A DNA stretch of 64,000 bases from an uncultured virus (IMG/VR IMGVR_UViG_3300034073_003631) (lineage: Duplodnaviria > Heunggongvirae > Uroviricota > Caudoviricetes), in IMG/VR virus record IMGVR_UViG_3300034073_003631, positions 1-64,000 of that record. One strand, given 5' to 3'. Made by a program: the position numbers and the translations under genes. How positions within the stretch are numbered: position 1 is the stretch's first letter; each line of letters begins with the position of its first letter. Below the pieces are notes generated by a model. That model saw nothing but the letters and a program-made list of their open reading frames with translations, was not told the origin of the DNA and searched no databases. Shown here one piece after another: positions 28,854 to 39,696 of the stretch.

Positions 28854-29583
28854 TGTTTTTTACTGTACCAAACCTTTTTATTAATTGTATATTTTGCATT
28901 AATTTATCTATATTACGCCTATAAACAGTAATTTGCAAACACACTTTTACTGAGTCTTTTCCTACTGGTATTGGTACAAAATCTATTTCACCTCCAGTCA
29001 AATATGGCTTTCTTAAAGTACTAGTATTATCTATTGGTGGTTGTTTTACTTGCATATTTTCTGTTGAAGAATATCTTATATTAACAAATTGTTCAGCATT
29101 TGCTTCTGGGCTATTAGGTACATTATTCTTACCAACAAGTGTTGCTTGTATTGAAAATTGTGTTTGCAAATTAGGTATTGCATTTTTCAAAGCAGCAATA
29201 AAAGACTTGGCTCTATTTTGACCCAAAGCAATATTTTTAGAACCATATGTGTCCTCACCTCTATATGTTACTGCTGAAACACCAGGTGTGATAATAGCAC
29301 TACTTACTTTATTATTTGAAAATAAATCCATAGCTCTCCTAAACTCATTAGAATTTGTATCAACAATACTAGAACCTAATTTAAATAATGCTTTACCTAA
29401 TTGTGTTTCTTGTGTCATTTGTGCATCTTGTGAAACATCTCCTCTATCTCTAACAGCATATGGATCAAATTCACCCCTCTCACGATTTGGGCTCAAATCT
29501 CTAGGTGGTAGTGCTTGCTCATATATTATTCTTTTTACTAATTTATTTAAACCAGATTCTGTTAATTTGTATTTTTTTTCCAT
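28840..29583 (-). CDS. Hypothetical protein, possible OmpA-like domain
   Basis: FKLGSS...NIALGQNRAKSF resembles the OmpA C-terminal motif; leader MEKKYKLTESGLNKLVKRIIYEQ. Confidence 0.55.
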   Translation of the reverse strand: MEKKYKLTESGLNKLVKRIIYEQALPPRDLSPNRERGEFDPYAVRDRGDVSQDAQMTQETQLGKALFKLGSSIVDTNSNEFRRAMDLFSNNKVSSAIITPGVSAVTYRGEDTYGSKNIALGQNRAKSFIAALKNAIPNLQTQFSIQATLVGKNNVPNSPEANAEQFVNIRYSSTENMQVKQPPIDNTSTLRKPYLTGGEIDFVPIPVGKDSVKVCLQITVYRRNIDKLMQNIQLIKRFGTVKNIKCP

Positions 29584-29656
29584 TTTATTTTTTTCTATAA
29601 ATATATCATTATTTGATTTTTTTTTGTATATTTGTACTCCACAAAACACAAAACAA

Positions 29657-30310
29657 ATGAAATTAAAATTAAAAAAAGAAAGGCAAATCTGGGTATTTAG
29701 TGATCCCCACTACAACCACAAGAATATATGTAGGGGTACAACAAATTGGAGAACCAAAAATAATGAAGTCCCCACAGACAATACCAGGGATTTTGAAACA
29801 TTAGACAAAATGAATGCTGCAATTGTGAATAATATCAATGCAGTTGTTAATCAAGATGATATATTAATATGCTTGGGTGACTGGTCTTTTGGGGGATTTG
29901 ATTCAATACAAGAGTTCTATGATAAACTAATATGCAAGAACATACACTTGGTATTAGGAAATCATGACGACCACATTGAGAAAAACAAGTCTGACATACA
30001 GAGGCTGTTTATGAGCGTTAATTCCTATGTTGAACTTGAAGTTGATGGTAATAAGTTTGTATTGTGCCACTACCCCATAGCATCCTGGAATGGCTTAAAT
30101 AAGGGCATAATGCACCTACACGGACACTGCCACCTTCCAACCAATAAAAGGTTCGGAAAAGGGAAAAGAATTGACGTGGGGATGGATGGACACCCAGAAT
30201 TTAGACCATACAATTTGACAGAGGTTGTTGCATTACTAAACAAACAACCTATTGCATCAGATATGGGGTTTGACCACCATACTGAAGAACTTTTAAATGT
30301 TGTGGGATGA
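29657..30310 (+). CDS. Calcineurin-like metallophosphoesterase
   Basis: SDPH, LGDW, GNHD, HYP and HGHCH motifs; start at MKLKL. Confidence 0.9.
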   Translation: MKLKLKKERQIWVFSDPHYNHKNICRGTTNWRTKNNEVPTDNTRDFETLDKMNAAIVNNINAVVNQDDILICLGDWSFGGFDSIQEFYDKLICKNIHLVLGNHDDHIEKNKSDIQRLFMSVNSYVELEVDGNKFVLCHYPIASWNGLNKGIMHLHGHCHLPTNKRFGKGKRIDVGMDGHPEFRPYNLTEVVALLNKQPIASDMGFDHHTEELLNVVG

Positions 30311-30759
30311 TACTAATTAGATATAAAGATAATGAATATTACATAGCCAAACCAATATCAAATATTGATGTTGGTAGCTATGTATTCATTTCTGGGTATG
30401 AAACATTTGGTGAAATATTGGGATATGCAAATACAGAGCATAATCTAATTAAAATTAAAGGTTCATCAACATATTTGTCTGTATCCCAAAATAAATTATA
30501 TGAAATTGTTGGTTCAACAAAGCCTGGATTTAAATACTCTTTAAATAGGAAAGATTTGGATTTTCAGTTTGGGGCGTTCACCCCAAAAGAAGTAATTCAA
30601 TATTATTTGAATTATTGTGAAAAACATAAAGATGCAACCATTGATGATTTCAATAGGTTTTTCTTAAATAAGAATAGAAATGTGATAAACATTGAGGAAG
30701 TAACTATTGATTCAAATTTTGAGTTGGTTTTTGGAAATGTAATACCATTGTTATATTGA
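30307..30759 (+). CDS. Hypothetical protein
   Basis: 150-aa ORF with ATGA overlap. Confidence 0.7.
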   Translation: MILIRYKDNEYYIAKPISNIDVGSYVFISGYETFGEILGYANTEHNLIKIKGSSTYLSVSQNKLYEIVGSTKPGFKYSLNRKDLDFQFGAFTPKEVIQYYLNYCEKHKDATIDDFNRFFLNKNRNVINIEEVTIDSNFELVFGNVIPLLY

Positions 30760-30831
30760 TTTTATTAAAAAAGTGCATATCTTTACATTAAGACAAATAT
30801 GTCAAACATAAACATTTAAAAACAAAACAAA

Positions 30832-31044
30832 ATGCAGACATTACTTTTCAACACAACAGAAAAAACTGTAAGACTTTATGAGGGGCCAAAACCAGAAGGC
30901 ACTATCATTTGTAAATTCAACTCAATTCCAACCGTTAAAATCTATGATGGGTATTATGAGGTTAAACAGAAAGATGAGGATGAAAAAACTTACCCTGTTG
31001 CACGATTTCCAGTAAATGGAACAAATATGTTTATTGAAAAATAA
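30832..31044 (+). CDS. Hypothetical protein
   Basis: 70-aa ORF, A-rich start context, terminator downstream. Confidence 0.7.
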   Translation: MQTLLFNTTEKTVRLYEGPKPEGTIICKFNSIPTVKIYDGYYEVKQKDEDEKTYPVARFPVNGTNMFIEK

Positions 31045-31048
31045 ATCT

Positions 31049-31084
31049 AAAAACCCCCTACTTTATTACGGTAGGGGGTTTTTT
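31049..31084. terminator. Bidirectional terminator
   Basis: AAAAACCCCCTAC-loop-GTAGGGGTTTTTT. Confidence 0.8.
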
Positions 31085-31086
31085 AT

Positions 31087-33012
31087 TTATACCTCTTCTG
31101 CATCACTATTATTCAAAAATAGGTCTAATTTATAATTAAACATATTATTATATAATTCATCAACAGGCATATTTCCAGTATATTTATTTTTTGTCTTTTT
31201 ATCAATCAATATTACTTTAACATCCGCATCATCAAAATCAATTTCTGGATTTAAATATATCTTCACAAGTGAACCATCAAAAACTTTTGGGTAATCTCTA
31301 TATTCCCAATTGTATTCATCATTATTCTTATAATACTTTTCAAGTATATCAAACAACTTCATTCTAATTTTTAAATTTTCAGGATTTGGCTCATCCAAAT
31401 CACCAAATTCTTCCATAATGAAATCTTCTAATACATCTGCAATAACTGGGTGCATATCTCCATATGATGGATATACAGTATCATATTCAACATACCATTC
31501 ATCAGTTACAATATCAACATGATTAATATAATTTCCAAATAGTTCACAAAAATCATCTATTTCAGTAAGTCTTTGCCTATTAACATATTGTATAAACTCA
31601 TAAGAATTCACACTCAAAACTTGTGTCCTTGAATAATATCCTGTTTCAGTTATAAATGCGTATTTTTTTATATCATCTAAATCTCTTTCTATTGCCCCAT
31701 TATAATTTGATATGGTTGCATCATATGTTTTGTTTGAATGTGCGTCAAATATTTTATCAAAATATTTTGATTTTTTATTATTTATATGTTGTAAGAAATA
31801 TTTTTTAAATTTATCTAATGTTGCAAAATTATAATTCATATATTTTATAGAATTACTATTTTTTTCAAAATAATCATCTACATAATTTTCTAATGTTTCA
31901 TTAAAATCATATCTTTCCTCATATATTGATTCACTTAAATTATTATTCCTTTTTTCACCTTCTAGGTATGAAATATGATTTTCTAAATTACCTATTGAAG
32001 GATAGTTTTTACTTATCTTTGAACATGATGTTCTAAGTTCAAAATCAATGTCTGACCCATCATATGTGATATCATCAATATTACTATCAGTAATAAGTGC
32101 CATACTCTCATCATCATCTTCATCATACTCTGTCATTTGGTCATAAGTTTGATTTTCAGCAAAAGCCAAAGCAATTTTGTTGCTTATACCAGCTTCAATT
32201 AATCTTTGAATTCTAATATAATTTAATTTACCTGCAAACTTTTCTGATAATGCATCTATTCTGTCAAATTGCACATCCTCACTAAAAATACCTTCTTTAT
32301 TCACTAATAATGGAAAATAAAACTCCCTTAATTCTTCATGTTTAATAAAAAATCCTTTAACATTTATCATACCATCTCTAATATCTCTAAACTCATTCTT
32401 TTTAAACTGAAATTGGTATTTGTGTTTTTCATCACTCTTATCAATCATAATATATATTGGAGCATAATTATATGTTGTAAATAAATTACCCCTACTTTTG
32501 TATGCTGGGTCTAAACTGTATTTACCCCAAGTTGTACACCAGGATGAACCAACTCCAAGCCAGGCTGCTGCCTTCTCTGTTTTTGGCCTAAATACAACCC
32601 ATTTTTCACCATTGTGAAGAAGTTCATATGAATCTTTTGGCAATTCTTTTAAGATTTCTCTTATTGGTGTATTAATAGATACAATATAATCTTTTACAAC
32701 ATTATACAAATCTGATATTTGCTTGATAGACTTCAAATCAATGCTCAAATTTTTTGCATAAACAATTTTCAAGTATCTTGTGGCTTCAACCAAGTTCTCA
32801 AGATTTGGCATATTGCCAATCTTGTAGATGTTCAATAATACTTTGGCATATTTCCCTATAAGAATGACATTATCATTCTGTACTTTTGTTTTGGGATCTG
32901 CTTTCACAATTCTATCAAATATATTCCTTGGAATATCATTATAATATTTGGTATAAATGTCATCCACCCTGGATTCAATGATTAATTGCTCTAATGATTT
33001 TAATAATCTCAT
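31087..33012 (-). CDS. Hypothetical protein with WCT...YQF domain (paralog of 36450-37199)
   Basis: SSWCTT...PIYIMID...KYQFQFKKNEFRD; acidic C-terminal half. Confidence 0.75.
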   Translation of the reverse strand: MRLLKSLEQLIIESRVDDIYTKYYNDIPRNIFDRIVKADPKTKVQNDNVILIGKYAKVLLNIYKIGNMPNLENLVEATRYLKIVYAKNLSIDLKSIKQISDLYNVVKDYIVSINTPIREILKELPKDSYELLHNGEKWVVFRPKTEKAAAWLGVGSSWCTTWGKYSLDPAYKSRGNLFTTYNYAPIYIMIDKSDEKHKYQFQFKKNEFRDIRDGMINVKGFFIKHEELREFYFPLLVNKEGIFSEDVQFDRIDALSEKFAGKLNYIRIQRLIEAGISNKIALAFAENQTYDQMTEYDEDDDESMALITDSNIDDITYDGSDIDFELRTSCSKISKNYPSIGNLENHISYLEGEKRNNNLSESIYEERYDFNETLENYVDDYFEKNSNSIKYMNYNFATLDKFKKYFLQHINNKKSKYFDKIFDAHSNKTYDATISNYNGAIERDLDDIKKYAFITETGYYSRTQVLSVNSYEFIQYVNRQRLTEIDDFCELFGNYINHVDIVTDEWYVEYDTVYPSYGDMHPVIADVLEDFIMEEFGDLDEPNPENLKIRMKLFDILEKYYKNNDEYNWEYRDYPKVFDGSLVKIYLNPEIDFDDADVKVILIDKKTKNKYTGNMPVDELYNNMFNYKLDLFLNNSDAEEV

Positions 33013-33021
33013 ATCTTTTTT

Positions 33022-34575
33022 TTATTTTTTTATTGGTATATTATTTTCTGAACATATTTCATAAAAATTATCTACAAACTCACTTGTACTAATATATGCA
33101 TTACTATCAAGATATAACCTAGGTTTGCTTATCCTTTCTTCTTCATATACTAAATTATATAACTCATCTTTAACCTCTCCTGCTGTGGATAAAACTTTAG
33201 CAGAATCAATATCATCTTTAAAATCTAAAATATTAACTCTTATTAATGCACCCTCATAATTCAATTTTAAAACCTCACCATAATCAGAAAATGCTTTTTC
33301 AATACATTTATTGATATCATCATAGTAAGAACTTTCATAAGCACGATCCATTGCCTGTCTAATAACATCAGTAAGTTCATCTATTTCTAATTCTTTAATT
33401 TTATCAACTAATTTTAAATCCTGAAAATATTCATCATCATCATTTGAGTCATTTAAATCATTTATTTCCTCTTTAAAGTTATTTATCAAATATTCCTCAA
33501 TTTTATCCTCTAATTCACTACTTGAATAATAAGTGAAATCTTTCCAATTATTATCAAAATCAAAATAATCCAACCCATTTTCAAGGAAGTTTTCAATATA
33601 ATTAATATATTCTGAACTACCATTTTTTAATCGCCTTCTACTATCATAGTCATCTGAATTAATATATTGATACATTTCATCAGGTTTTATAAAAATATCA
33701 AAAATTACCTGTGGTTCTTTATTAATCAATCCTTTTTTGTATGCAGAATATAGGGCAATAGTTCCAAATAATTTTTCATTATGTTTCATAACAAGTTTAA
33801 ATAAATCATCATTTAAATCTGCTAATTTAAAATCACTAGCTGAATCATATTCAGAACCAAATCCAACAATATCAACTTTTGGGTCTATAAGTAATTGAGC
33901 AATATATTTATGATATTTTTCTGCTGGTTTTGAATTCTTCTGACCTTTTAGTTGTAATATTTTAAAACCCTCACTTTGTTCTTCTATGGCTGCTGTTAAA
34001 TGACTTTTATTTATTGTGAATTTATCATTTATTCTTCTTGCTTCACGCAATGAAAATAAAGTATCACCACGAGTTGAAGCGCAATGTCCCATTCTTTTCT
34101 GTTCATCATTACAATATGAAGTCTGCAAATCTATCCAATAAAATCCCATACCATCCTCATCCCTAAAATCAAGAATGATATTATCTTCATCCTCTTCATA
34201 ATTATATATACCAGAACCAACCTCTAATTCATCATGCCATTTTTTAGATTCCCTAACTAATGTTAAGTAATCATCATTTTTATGAGTTCCCAAATTACCA
34301 TTTAAACCTACCCTAATCCAGTCCATAATGGATACTAAATTTTCACTAAATATTCTATAATCTTTATTTAGCAAAATAATTGCTTGTTCTGTTGTGACTT
34401 TTGGGTTGTTCTTTACAATAATTTCAATAACTTTATTAGCCATTATAATTGCCAATTTACCACATTTTTCAACAAAGAAATCTGCGGCTTTATCACTTAA
34501 TTTTAACTTATTCACCAAAACATCTTTTGCAGATGCTTCTAGTATTAAACTTTTTGTAACATTAATTAATTTCAT
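33022..34575 (-). CDS. PcfJ-like domain protein (paralog of 54398-55954)
   Basis: EQKRMGHC...LFSLR...HLTAAI...QLKGQKNSKP...FGSEY. Confidence 0.7.
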   Translation of the reverse strand: MKLINVTKSLILEASAKDVLVNKLKLSDKAADFFVEKCGKLAIIMANKVIEIIVKNNPKVTTEQAIILLNKDYRIFSENLVSIMDWIRVGLNGNLGTHKNDDYLTLVRESKKWHDELEVGSGIYNYEEDEDNIILDFRDEDGMGFYWIDLQTSYCNDEQKRMGHCASTRGDTLFSLREARRINDKFTINKSHLTAAIEEQSEGFKILQLKGQKNSKPAEKYHKYIAQLLIDPKVDIVGFGSEYDSASDFKLADLNDDLFKLVMKHNEKLFGTIALYSAYKKGLINKEPQVIFDIFIKPDEMYQYINSDDYDSRRRLKNGSSEYINYIENFLENGLDYFDFDNNWKDFTYYSSSELEDKIEEYLINNFKEEINDLNDSNDDDEYFQDLKLVDKIKELEIDELTDVIRQAMDRAYESSYYDDINKCIEKAFSDYGEVLKLNYEGALIRVNILDFKDDIDSAKVLSTAGEVKDELYNLVYEEERISKPRLYLDSNAYISTSEFVDNFYEICSENNIPIKK

Positions 34576-34587
34576 TTTATAAATTTT

Positions 34588-35295
34588 TTAAGTCCAGTAA
34601 TCATATGATTTTTTAAAAAACTCCGGATTATTTCTATTAAAGAAAGATTTGAGTAACATCTTACCCATATAATAAATACCCTTTGATTCAAATCTTCTAT
34701 TTAAGGTGTAAACATTGTAATTGCTAACCTTAAATTTCCTTGGCTCAATCTTTTTGCTCAATTCATAATCTTCTGCAAACACACACTCATTATTGAAACC
34801 CCCCAACTCACGCAATTTTAATGTTCTAAACAACATAAAACCGCCAAGACAGAATGGAGATATTTTTGAAACCATTTTTCTTAAAAAATCCAACATAATA
34901 TATGCAAAATCATATTTACCATTTATGGTCTTGAATTTTACAGTCTGCAAATCTAAATAATAATCAAGAGAAATCCTCATACAGTTTGTTAATAAATTCT
35001 TATCAGTTAAAAAAACATCAGCATCCAAAAATAACGTATATATTGTTTTTGAATGCTTAAACCCAATATTCCTTGCTTTTGCTGGTAAGCCACCACCTAA
35101 TATTTCAATATCCAAGTTTTTAAATTCATTTAATTTTATCAATGGTTTAGTTAGCCTATCATTTGATGAATCACAAATATAAACTTTTGTTCCTTTGATG
35201 TTATTCTGTCTATCTAAATAATTCAAACAATCTATAATGACATTTTTTTCATTTTTGCATGGAATGACAACTGTTAAATATTCATTAAGTTTCAT
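34588..35295 (-). CDS. Glycosyltransferase family 2
   Basis: VVIPCKNE, ARNIG, FLDAD and GGF...AEDY motifs. Confidence 0.9.
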   Translation of the reverse strand: MKLNEYLTVVIPCKNEKNVIIDCLNYLDRQNNIKGTKVYICDSSNDRLTKPLIKLNEFKNLDIEILGGGLPAKARNIGFKHSKTIYTLFLDADVFLTDKNLLTNCMRISLDYYLDLQTVKFKTINGKYDFAYIMLDFLRKMVSKISPFCLGGFMLFRTLKLRELGGFNNECVFAEDYELSKKIEPRKFKVSNYNVYTLNRRFESKGIYYMGKMLLKSFFNRNNPEFFKKSYDYWT

Positions 35296-35401
35296 TTTGT
35301 TTTATTTTATAAATATCCAAAAATGATATAATTAAACAATTAATAACAAATATATTGATATATTCCAAAAAAAATCAATATTTATAAATAAACCTAATAT
35401 T

Positions 35402-36139
35402 ATGAATAAATTAATTTTCTTACTACTAATGCCTATTATTGGCCTTTCTCAAAACATTGAGAACAAACAAATGACACTAAATAAAGAAAGTGAAGAAAAA
35501 CAGAAATTAAGAACAGAAAAATATGCCCCAAAAACTAATACTGTAATTGTTAGAGATATTGAACCAATATTTGACCAAGGTTATGGATTATTTAATCCTA
35601 GGGTTATGTATTATCGTAATATGCGTTACGGTAATCCATATTACTATAATCCTACAACATTAGCCCCAAGACAATTTAGAGGAACAATTGGGTTAAGCAA
35701 AAGTGTTAGATTAATTGGTTTATTTTTTACATTAGGGGAAGATAAATTCTTGGTTGGAGATTTGATGTTTAGACCAAACATAGATAATAGTGAATTTTAT
35801 TCCAATATAAACATCCAGAATGCTATCCAGTGGAATGATGAACGTTTAAAGGATATAGAGAAGGGTTATAGGATTTATGTTGGTTATGGTCAACGTATAG
35901 GTCTTGTATCCCCATTTGTTTCAGTAGGGATTGGAAGCAGGGTTGTGAATTATCAGTTTATTGATGATTTGGTTATTTTGAATGGAAGTAAATCATATTC
36001 ATTTCCAAAATTTGGAAGGAGTTTTGTTGGAATTAAAATTGGAGGATTATTTGACTTTAAAAAATTTGTTTTTAAGTTTGATTTAGATCCAATAAACCCT
36101 GATTTCTCAATTGGGGCTGGATTTAGAATATCCAAATAA
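35402..36139 (+). CDS. Secreted, probable outer-membrane beta-barrel-like protein
   Basis: Signal peptide ending LSQ; alternating hydrophobic/aromatic strands; C-terminal FSIGAGFRI. Confidence 0.6.
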   Translation: MNKLIFLLLMPIIGLSQNIENKQMTLNKESEEKQKLRTEKYAPKTNTVIVRDIEPIFDQGYGLFNPRVMYYRNMRYGNPYYYNPTTLAPRQFRGTIGLSKSVRLIGLFFTLGEDKFLVGDLMFRPNIDNSEFYSNINIQNAIQWNDERLKDIEKGYRIYVGYGQRIGLVSPFVSVGIGSRVVNYQFIDDLVILNGSKSYSFPKFGRSFVGIKIGGLFDFKKFVFKFDLDPINPDFSIGAGFRISK

Positions 36140-36414
36140 TGATTATTGATTATATTTTAATTTTTATATTCCAGATTGTTTTTAACATATTTAAGACATT
36201 TGAGATAAAATACACATATGAAGATAAATTAAAAGAGTTATTAGTTAATTCTATTTGGATTAATTTAACTTCTTTATGTGTTGCTTATTATTCATTAGAT
36301 AACCTATTTAACCATAATTACTTTGTAATCCCTGTTTATATTGCAGGTAGCATTATTGGAAAATGGTTGAGTATGAGGGGCTTTGGTATGTTAATAAAAA
36401 AAAGGGAACCATAA
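36139..36414 (+). CDS. Small multi-pass membrane protein
   Basis: 91 aa with three hydrophobic segments. Confidence 0.65.
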   Translation: MIIDYILIFIFQIVFNIFKTFEIKYTYEDKLKELLVNSIWINLTSLCVAYYSLDNLFNHNYFVIPVYIAGSIIGKWLSMRGFGMLIKKREP

Positions 36415-36449
36415 TGTATGATTCCCTTTTTTATATATTTTAATTTTAC

Positions 36450-37199
36450 TTAAAATACATCTGCATCTTTTCTATCCTTGAATTGGTTTGATTCATAGTG
36501 AAATTGGTATGGTGATAATGGGTCATTTTGGTTGAATATCACATAGTATGAAGAACCTGGATGTTTTTCCAAGTAGTTCTTAAAGTGTGAGTATCCTGCA
36601 ATTGTACATATATGTATTGAAGCACCTTCTTTACATTTACCCAAGATAGTTCTATACACCTCCCAAGTTTGCTTGTCCATATTGGATACTTTGAATATTT
36701 GATACCCAGCAACTAAACCAATTAATTTAATGCCAACATCTTGTAATTTCAAGATATCTGATTTTGATACCAAAACTGAATCTGAATCCATTTCTTCCTC
36801 ATCACCTTCAACAGAACCAACTTCTTGAAACTGAATGGCAGCATCAATAAATGCTCTAACATCTGAAGATGATTTTATTTGGTTGATATCTAGGATAGGG
36901 AACATTGCTTTTCCTCTTGGAGTTTTCTTTGCTTTTTCAAATGCATCAATATACCCTTCAAATTTGTAGATATCCTCATCCTTAATTTTCTTTTCAGCAA
37001 CTCTTGCTGCCAACCATTTCACATAAGCACCTTTGCCTTTGGAAACTTCAACAATCTCATCAAATACTTCTCCTGATAATTTACCAGAATCAACAAATAT
37101 CTTTCTATAGTTTGAAATTGTTGCTTCATTTTGCTCTCTAATAACCCTCTTGATGATTATAGATAAGTCATGTTCTGTTAGTCTTATAGTCTTTGCCAT
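36450..37199 (-). CDS. Hypothetical protein with ICT...YQFH domain (paralog of 31087-33012)
   Basis: HICTIAG...YYVIFN...PYQFHYESNQFKD; leader MAKTIRLTEHDLSIIIKRVIREQ. Confidence 0.72.
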   Translation of the reverse strand: MAKTIRLTEHDLSIIIKRVIREQNEATISNYRKIFVDSGKLSGEVFDEIVEVSKGKGAYVKWLAARVAEKKIKDEDIYKFEGYIDAFEKAKKTPRGKAMFPILDINQIKSSSDVRAFIDAAIQFQEVGSVEGDEEEMDSDSVLVSKSDILKLQDVGIKLIGLVAGYQIFKVSNMDKQTWEVYRTILGKCKEGASIHICTIAGYSHFKNYLEKHPGSSYYVIFNQNDPLSPYQFHYESNQFKDRKDADVF

Positions 37200-37294
37200 A
37201 TTTTTTTTAGTTTTTATTTATAAATATCAAAGATATTAAAAAAAAAATAGTAATCAAAATAATTTTAGGAATATTTATAATAAACTTTTATAAA

Positions 37295-37828
37295 ATGATA
37301 ATTAATGAAAAATTTATTACTGAAAGACCTAATAAAAAATTAAAGAAATTAAAAGGAATTATAGTCCATTGGACAGCAAATACACGATCTGGGGCAGGGG
37401 CTGCCTCTCATTTGAATTATTTTAAAAATAATTGGAAAATAGGTTGTACTCATTATGTTGTTGATGATAAAGAAATTATTTACTTAATTCCAGATGATGA
37501 AGTTGCCTACCATGTTGGTGATAGGGAAAGAAAAAGCAATCTACCCATTAGAAAAGCATTAGTACCCCAAGGTGGAAGTCCAAATGATTATTTCATTGGG
37601 ATTGAAATGTGTGTAAATATAGACAATAATTGGGGAAAAACCATCAATAATGTAAAAGAATTATTACACCATTTATTTGAGAAATATAATTTAACAGTTG
37701 ATGATGTTCATCGCCATTTTGATATATCTGGAAAAGATTGCCCTTTTATGTATCAACCACAACTTGTGAATGAAAGGTATTTTGATTGGGGCTGGATTAC
37801 CTTTAAAGAATTTATAAAAGCAAAATAG
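37295..37828 (+). CDS. N-acetylmuramoyl-L-alanine amidase (Amidase_2)
   Basis: IIVHWTA, HYVVD, AYHVG, IGIEMC and RHFDISGKDCP. Confidence 0.92.
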   Translation: MIINEKFITERPNKKLKKLKGIIVHWTANTRSGAGAASHLNYFKNNWKIGCTHYVVDDKEIIYLIPDDEVAYHVGDRERKSNLPIRKALVPQGGSPNDYFIGIEMCVNIDNNWGKTINNVKELLHHLFEKYNLTVDDVHRHFDISGKDCPFMYQPQLVNERYFDWGWITFKEFIKAK

Positions 37829-37842
37829 CCCCAACCAAATTA

Positions 37843-38892
37843 TTATTTAAATAAACTATCAAATTTTGGATAACCCCAACCATACCAATCATCACGACCA
37901 GGCTTACCTCCATCTGTAAGATTTTTTGTTAGATATTCTTTTAAGTCATTTTGGGTTTTAATTTCTGGGTTATATTTTAGCAATAGACCAACTGCAGCTG
38001 TGCCATGTGGTGTTGCCATAGATGTTCCATCCCAACTTACATAAGAACCATTATCTTTAAAACAAGACCAAATCTGGACTCCTGGTGCAATACCTACCAA
38101 ATTACTACCATATTGAGAAAAGGATGCTTTATTACCTCTAACATCATGAGCACCCCAAGAGATGACATTTGGTAATGCACCTGGGAATGACAATATTCCA
38201 GTTCCATTATTACCGGCAGCAGCATTAACAAATGCACCATTATTCACAGCATCATTTATTGCACTTGTTATTGTCTTATTTTCAGTGGGTGCACCCCATG
38301 AGAAATTAAACACCAATAAATAATCTTTAAAGTTATCTTTCCATACATTCATTGCATGATTAATTGAATTAACCAAACTTTCTGTGGATCCGCCTCCATT
38401 ACCACCCAAACCTTTTTGAGCCATAATTAAATCCCCATGATTAACACCATTCACATAACCAACGCCTAATTTATATTGGGGGTGCTTACCTAATATAATA
38501 CCAGCAACGTGATGACCATGTCCATGTCCATCATTTTGGTTAGAATCAGTTGTAAAGTCTTTGCAATATTTCTTATCCACAAATTGGTTGTCTGACGTTA
38601 ATGCCGTATGAGTTGGATATGCCATTGTATCAATAACACAATAAAGAATCTTACGTTTAAACTTCTCCCCTAATTTTAATTTATTATCAAGAAATTGACT
38701 TTGTAAAAAAACCCATCCCCAACTTGGTTGATTATTTAAGGATGATTCTGTTGATAAAGCCTGTATTTGGGTTGGGGGCAAATCAAGAATAACATCATTA
38801 CCTTCTTCCAATGCTTTGAAATGTTTTGCAATTAAATCAAAATTAATTTTCTTTGCAAGAGCAACGTCTTTTGATGAAAAATTTAAATTCAT
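37843..38892 (-). CDS. Subtilisin-like S8 serine protease
   Basis: Catalytic triad VIDT, HGHHVAG and GTSMATPH; oxyanion AAAGN. Confidence 0.92.
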   Translation of the reverse strand: MNLNFSSKDVALAKKINFDLIAKHFKALEEGNDVILDLPPTQIQALSTESSLNNQPSWGWVFLQSQFLDNKLKLGEKFKRKILYCVIDTMAYPTHTALTSDNQFVDKKYCKDFTTDSNQNDGHGHGHHVAGIILGKHPQYKLGVGYVNGVNHGDLIMAQKGLGGNGGGSTESLVNSINHAMNVWKDNFKDYLLVFNFSWGAPTENKTITSAINDAVNNGAFVNAAAGNNGTGILSFPGALPNVISWGAHDVRGNKASFSQYGSNLVGIAPGVQIWSCFKDNGSYVSWDGTSMATPHGTAAVGLLLKYNPEIKTQNDLKEYLTKNLTDGGKPGRDDWYGWGYPKFDSLFK

Positions 38893-38977
38893 ATAATTAT
38901 ATTTTTAGATAAATAGTATTTTTATTTATTTTTTTTGAATAAATATATATTTATTGTATATAAATACAAATAACAAT

Positions 38978-39475
38978 ATGAGCATAAAGTTTAATATCAC
39001 AAATGAAGATAAGATTAGAATTAAAAATCTTTATCTTAATGAGAAATCAAAAGAAGAAAACAAGCGTTTTTGTCATAAGAAAAATATCAAATCATTAGAA
39101 GAAATTGTTGGTGAGGATGACCAAGATGATTATATTGAAGGTATTAAAATTAGAAAGTCTGGAATTAATTCATTGACTGATATGATTGAAACATTGAAAA
39201 CAATGAGAACTAGACCTAACTTAACAGATAAAGGTGAAGACTTATGTTATAAAGTTTCAAATACAATTAACCAGTTTAAACCATATAATTACTTTGATGA
39301 AACAAGTAATCAATGTGTTTCTGCTATGGAAAAAATAATTGAATTATACAAGGAAAATAAACATGGTGAGGAATTAGTTAAAGATTTAGAAAAAATATAT
39401 AGTGATGAAAGTGTCTCACCAAGAGGTAGAGAATATATTAAGCACTGTCTAGGTGTTATCAAAGGTAAGAACTAA
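38978..39475 (+). CDS. Hypothetical protein
   Basis: Start at MSIKFNITNEDKIRIKNLYLNE. Confidence 0.7.
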   Translation: MSIKFNITNEDKIRIKNLYLNEKSKEENKRFCHKKNIKSLEEIVGEDDQDDYIEGIKIRKSGINSLTDMIETLKTMRTRPNLTDKGEDLCYKVSNTINQFKPYNYFDETSNQCVSAMEKIIELYKENKHGEELVKDLEKIYSDESVSPRGREYIKHCLGVIKGKN

Positions 39476-39666
39476 GTTCTTACCTTTTTTGTTTTGCTAA
39501 CTTCTTTATTTAAGGCATCCTCATAAGCCTTTTTGTATTTTGTAACAACTTCTATTGGTCCTCTAGTTGTTATTGCCTCATCATAATACCAGGTTGTTGT
39601 TGAATTCTCATCAACAAATACTCTTGTGTATTTCTTTGCTGTGTTGGTTGGGGTTTCTTTTTTCAT
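39472..39666 (-). CDS. Hypothetical protein
   Basis: 64-aa ORF with A-rich start context. Confidence 0.6.
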   Translation of the reverse strand: MKKETPTNTAKKYTRVFVDENSTTTWYYDEAITTRGPIEVVTKYKKAYEDALNKEVSKTKKVRT

Positions 39667-39696
39667 CTTTTTTTTTGTAAAGATAATGAAAAATAA

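Noticed and set aside
29249..29656. N-terminal extension of the phosphoesterase in the ORF track
   Set aside because: It overlaps an opposite-strand gene, and the promoter and A-rich context support a start at 29657.
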